Of a DNA stretch of 64,000 bases, positions 63,101-64,000 are shown one piece after another. The notes below the pieces were generated by a model, which was not told the origin of the DNA, did not search any database, and saw only the letters and a program-made list of their open reading frames with translations. A program made the translations under genes and the position numbers. Within the stretch, counting starts at the first letter, position 1, and each line of letters opens with the position of its first letter. Origin of the DNA: Geosiphon pyriformis uo1 (lineage: Eukaryota > Fungi > Glomeromycota); the NCBI GenBank assembly GCA_016748015.1, contig JAAOMT010000714.1, positions 62,001 to 126,000 of the forward strand, written 5' to 3'.

Positions 63101-64000
63101 AATAAGTTGTCTTTGACAAACAATTTGTTTATTGCTTTTTGTGGTTCTAATAAGTTTCTAATGTCTAGTATCTTGGAGCAACTCTTATATTATAGTTTTG
63201 TTCTTTCTTTAAAATAGTTTGGTATTGTATTTAGTAACAGACTTTTGAACAAAAAAGGATATATGATGAATTGAAAGATGTTTTGGCAATAAAAAAGATT
63301 AGATTTAAGAGTCTCTGTATCTTATTAGTTTATGCTAATATTTAAGTTTTTGAGTAAAAATGTTTCTTTGAAGATTGAGTTTATTAATGTTTATAGATCA
63401 CTTGGATTGAATATTTTGGGATCTGAAAAGTTCTTTAATATATGAAAGAGTTTGCTGAAAATTTGGTCTGATTCTATTAAGACCTATACAAATAAGTTCT
63501 TAAAGTGCATTGGTTTCACTAAGGTAATAAGTAGTATAGCTGCTTATTTTCTGGCTGTGAACATAGATATTAGAATTAGAGTAAATAAGCTTTTATTTTC
63601 TACTTTGGCTGAGTTACAGGTTGTTGTTTTGGCATTAGAATGTGTTCTGTTTTTGTGTGCTGTAATTTTGTATCTAAACAGCTAATTTGTGATTAATGCA
63701 TATGTATTTGAGACTTCATTTGCTGTACTTGATTTCTGTAATTTATGTTGAATTAAAAGAAGACATGTTATTAATCTGATTAAAGATAAAGACATTTCTG
63801 TTAAATGAGTAAAAATTAAAAATTCTGAACAATATTAAGACTAATGTAATAGCTGGTAAGATCACTTTTTCTTTTTTTTTTTACAAATTGGAATTCAGAA
63901 TTGGTTTTTGGTGGCTTATAATATGGCTGTATCTAGTAATACTTGTTATTTTGTTTGTAATCTGTACCAGTTAATTTGCCACATTTGTTAAGAGACTGGT
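57125..64000 (+). mobile_element. Old LINE 'E' (5' end related to D), interrupted by a solo LTR, runs off the right edge after RNase H
   Basis: 5' UTR and ORF1 are similar to 50150-50400; ORF junction at 59128. Decayed APE, RT (FVDN ~62382-62393) and RNase H (STLAELQVVVLALEC). Confidence 0.88.
59808..60755 (-). mobile_element. Solo LTR (948 bp) of the Gypsy-1 family, TSD ACAG/ATAG
   Basis: Inverted termini tattacca...tagtaaca; reverse complement of 4963-5922. Removing it plus one 4-bp copy restores DTDYKTVSILIGLDG in LINE E. Confidence 0.9.

Noticed and set aside
1-64000. Alternative genetic code, or an AT-rich endosymbiont/organelle origin, to explain in-frame stops
   Set aside because: Stops differ between copies (e.g. 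TGA in A versus TAG in B at the same Trp codon) and map to CAA/CAG/CGA/TGG codons; all elements are eukaryotic nuclear TEs.

Overview
This window is a gene-free eukaryotic transposon nest, most likely fungal. The element families resemble those of Glomeromycotina/Mucoromycota such as Geosiphon; that taxon call comes from recollection, not a search. No host gene or RNA gene is supported. It holds at least 7 copies of a poly(A)-tailed LINE (ORF1 with RRM-like region, CCHC knuckle and coiled coil; ORF2 APE-RT-RNase H-CCHC). Three of these are full-length with 10-11 bp TSDs (28015-34780 -, 36098-42920 +, 50148-57043 +). It also holds at least 4 Ty3/Gypsy elements and solo LTRs; the four insertions with both ends visible all have 4-bp TSDs. 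One Gypsy is structurally complete (15671-26608: gag, protease, Cys-rich insert, dUTPase, RT, RNase H, integrase in a separate frame, extra 3' ORF). There is also a Tc1/mariner fragment and a 256-N gap. Three observations stand out. (1) An ORF1-only, 'half-LINE' non-autonomous element (48785-49540, older copy ~2940-3690) carries the LINE's structured 3' tail and was inserted by TPRT. (2) A covarying stem structure is conserved in that tail. (3) An extreme, cumulative C>T/G>A hypermutation (about 35:1 transitions:transversions between sister LTRs, not restricted to CpG) progressively erases repeats toward AT-only DNA, i.e. a RIP-like process. All alignments, counts and translations were done by eye.
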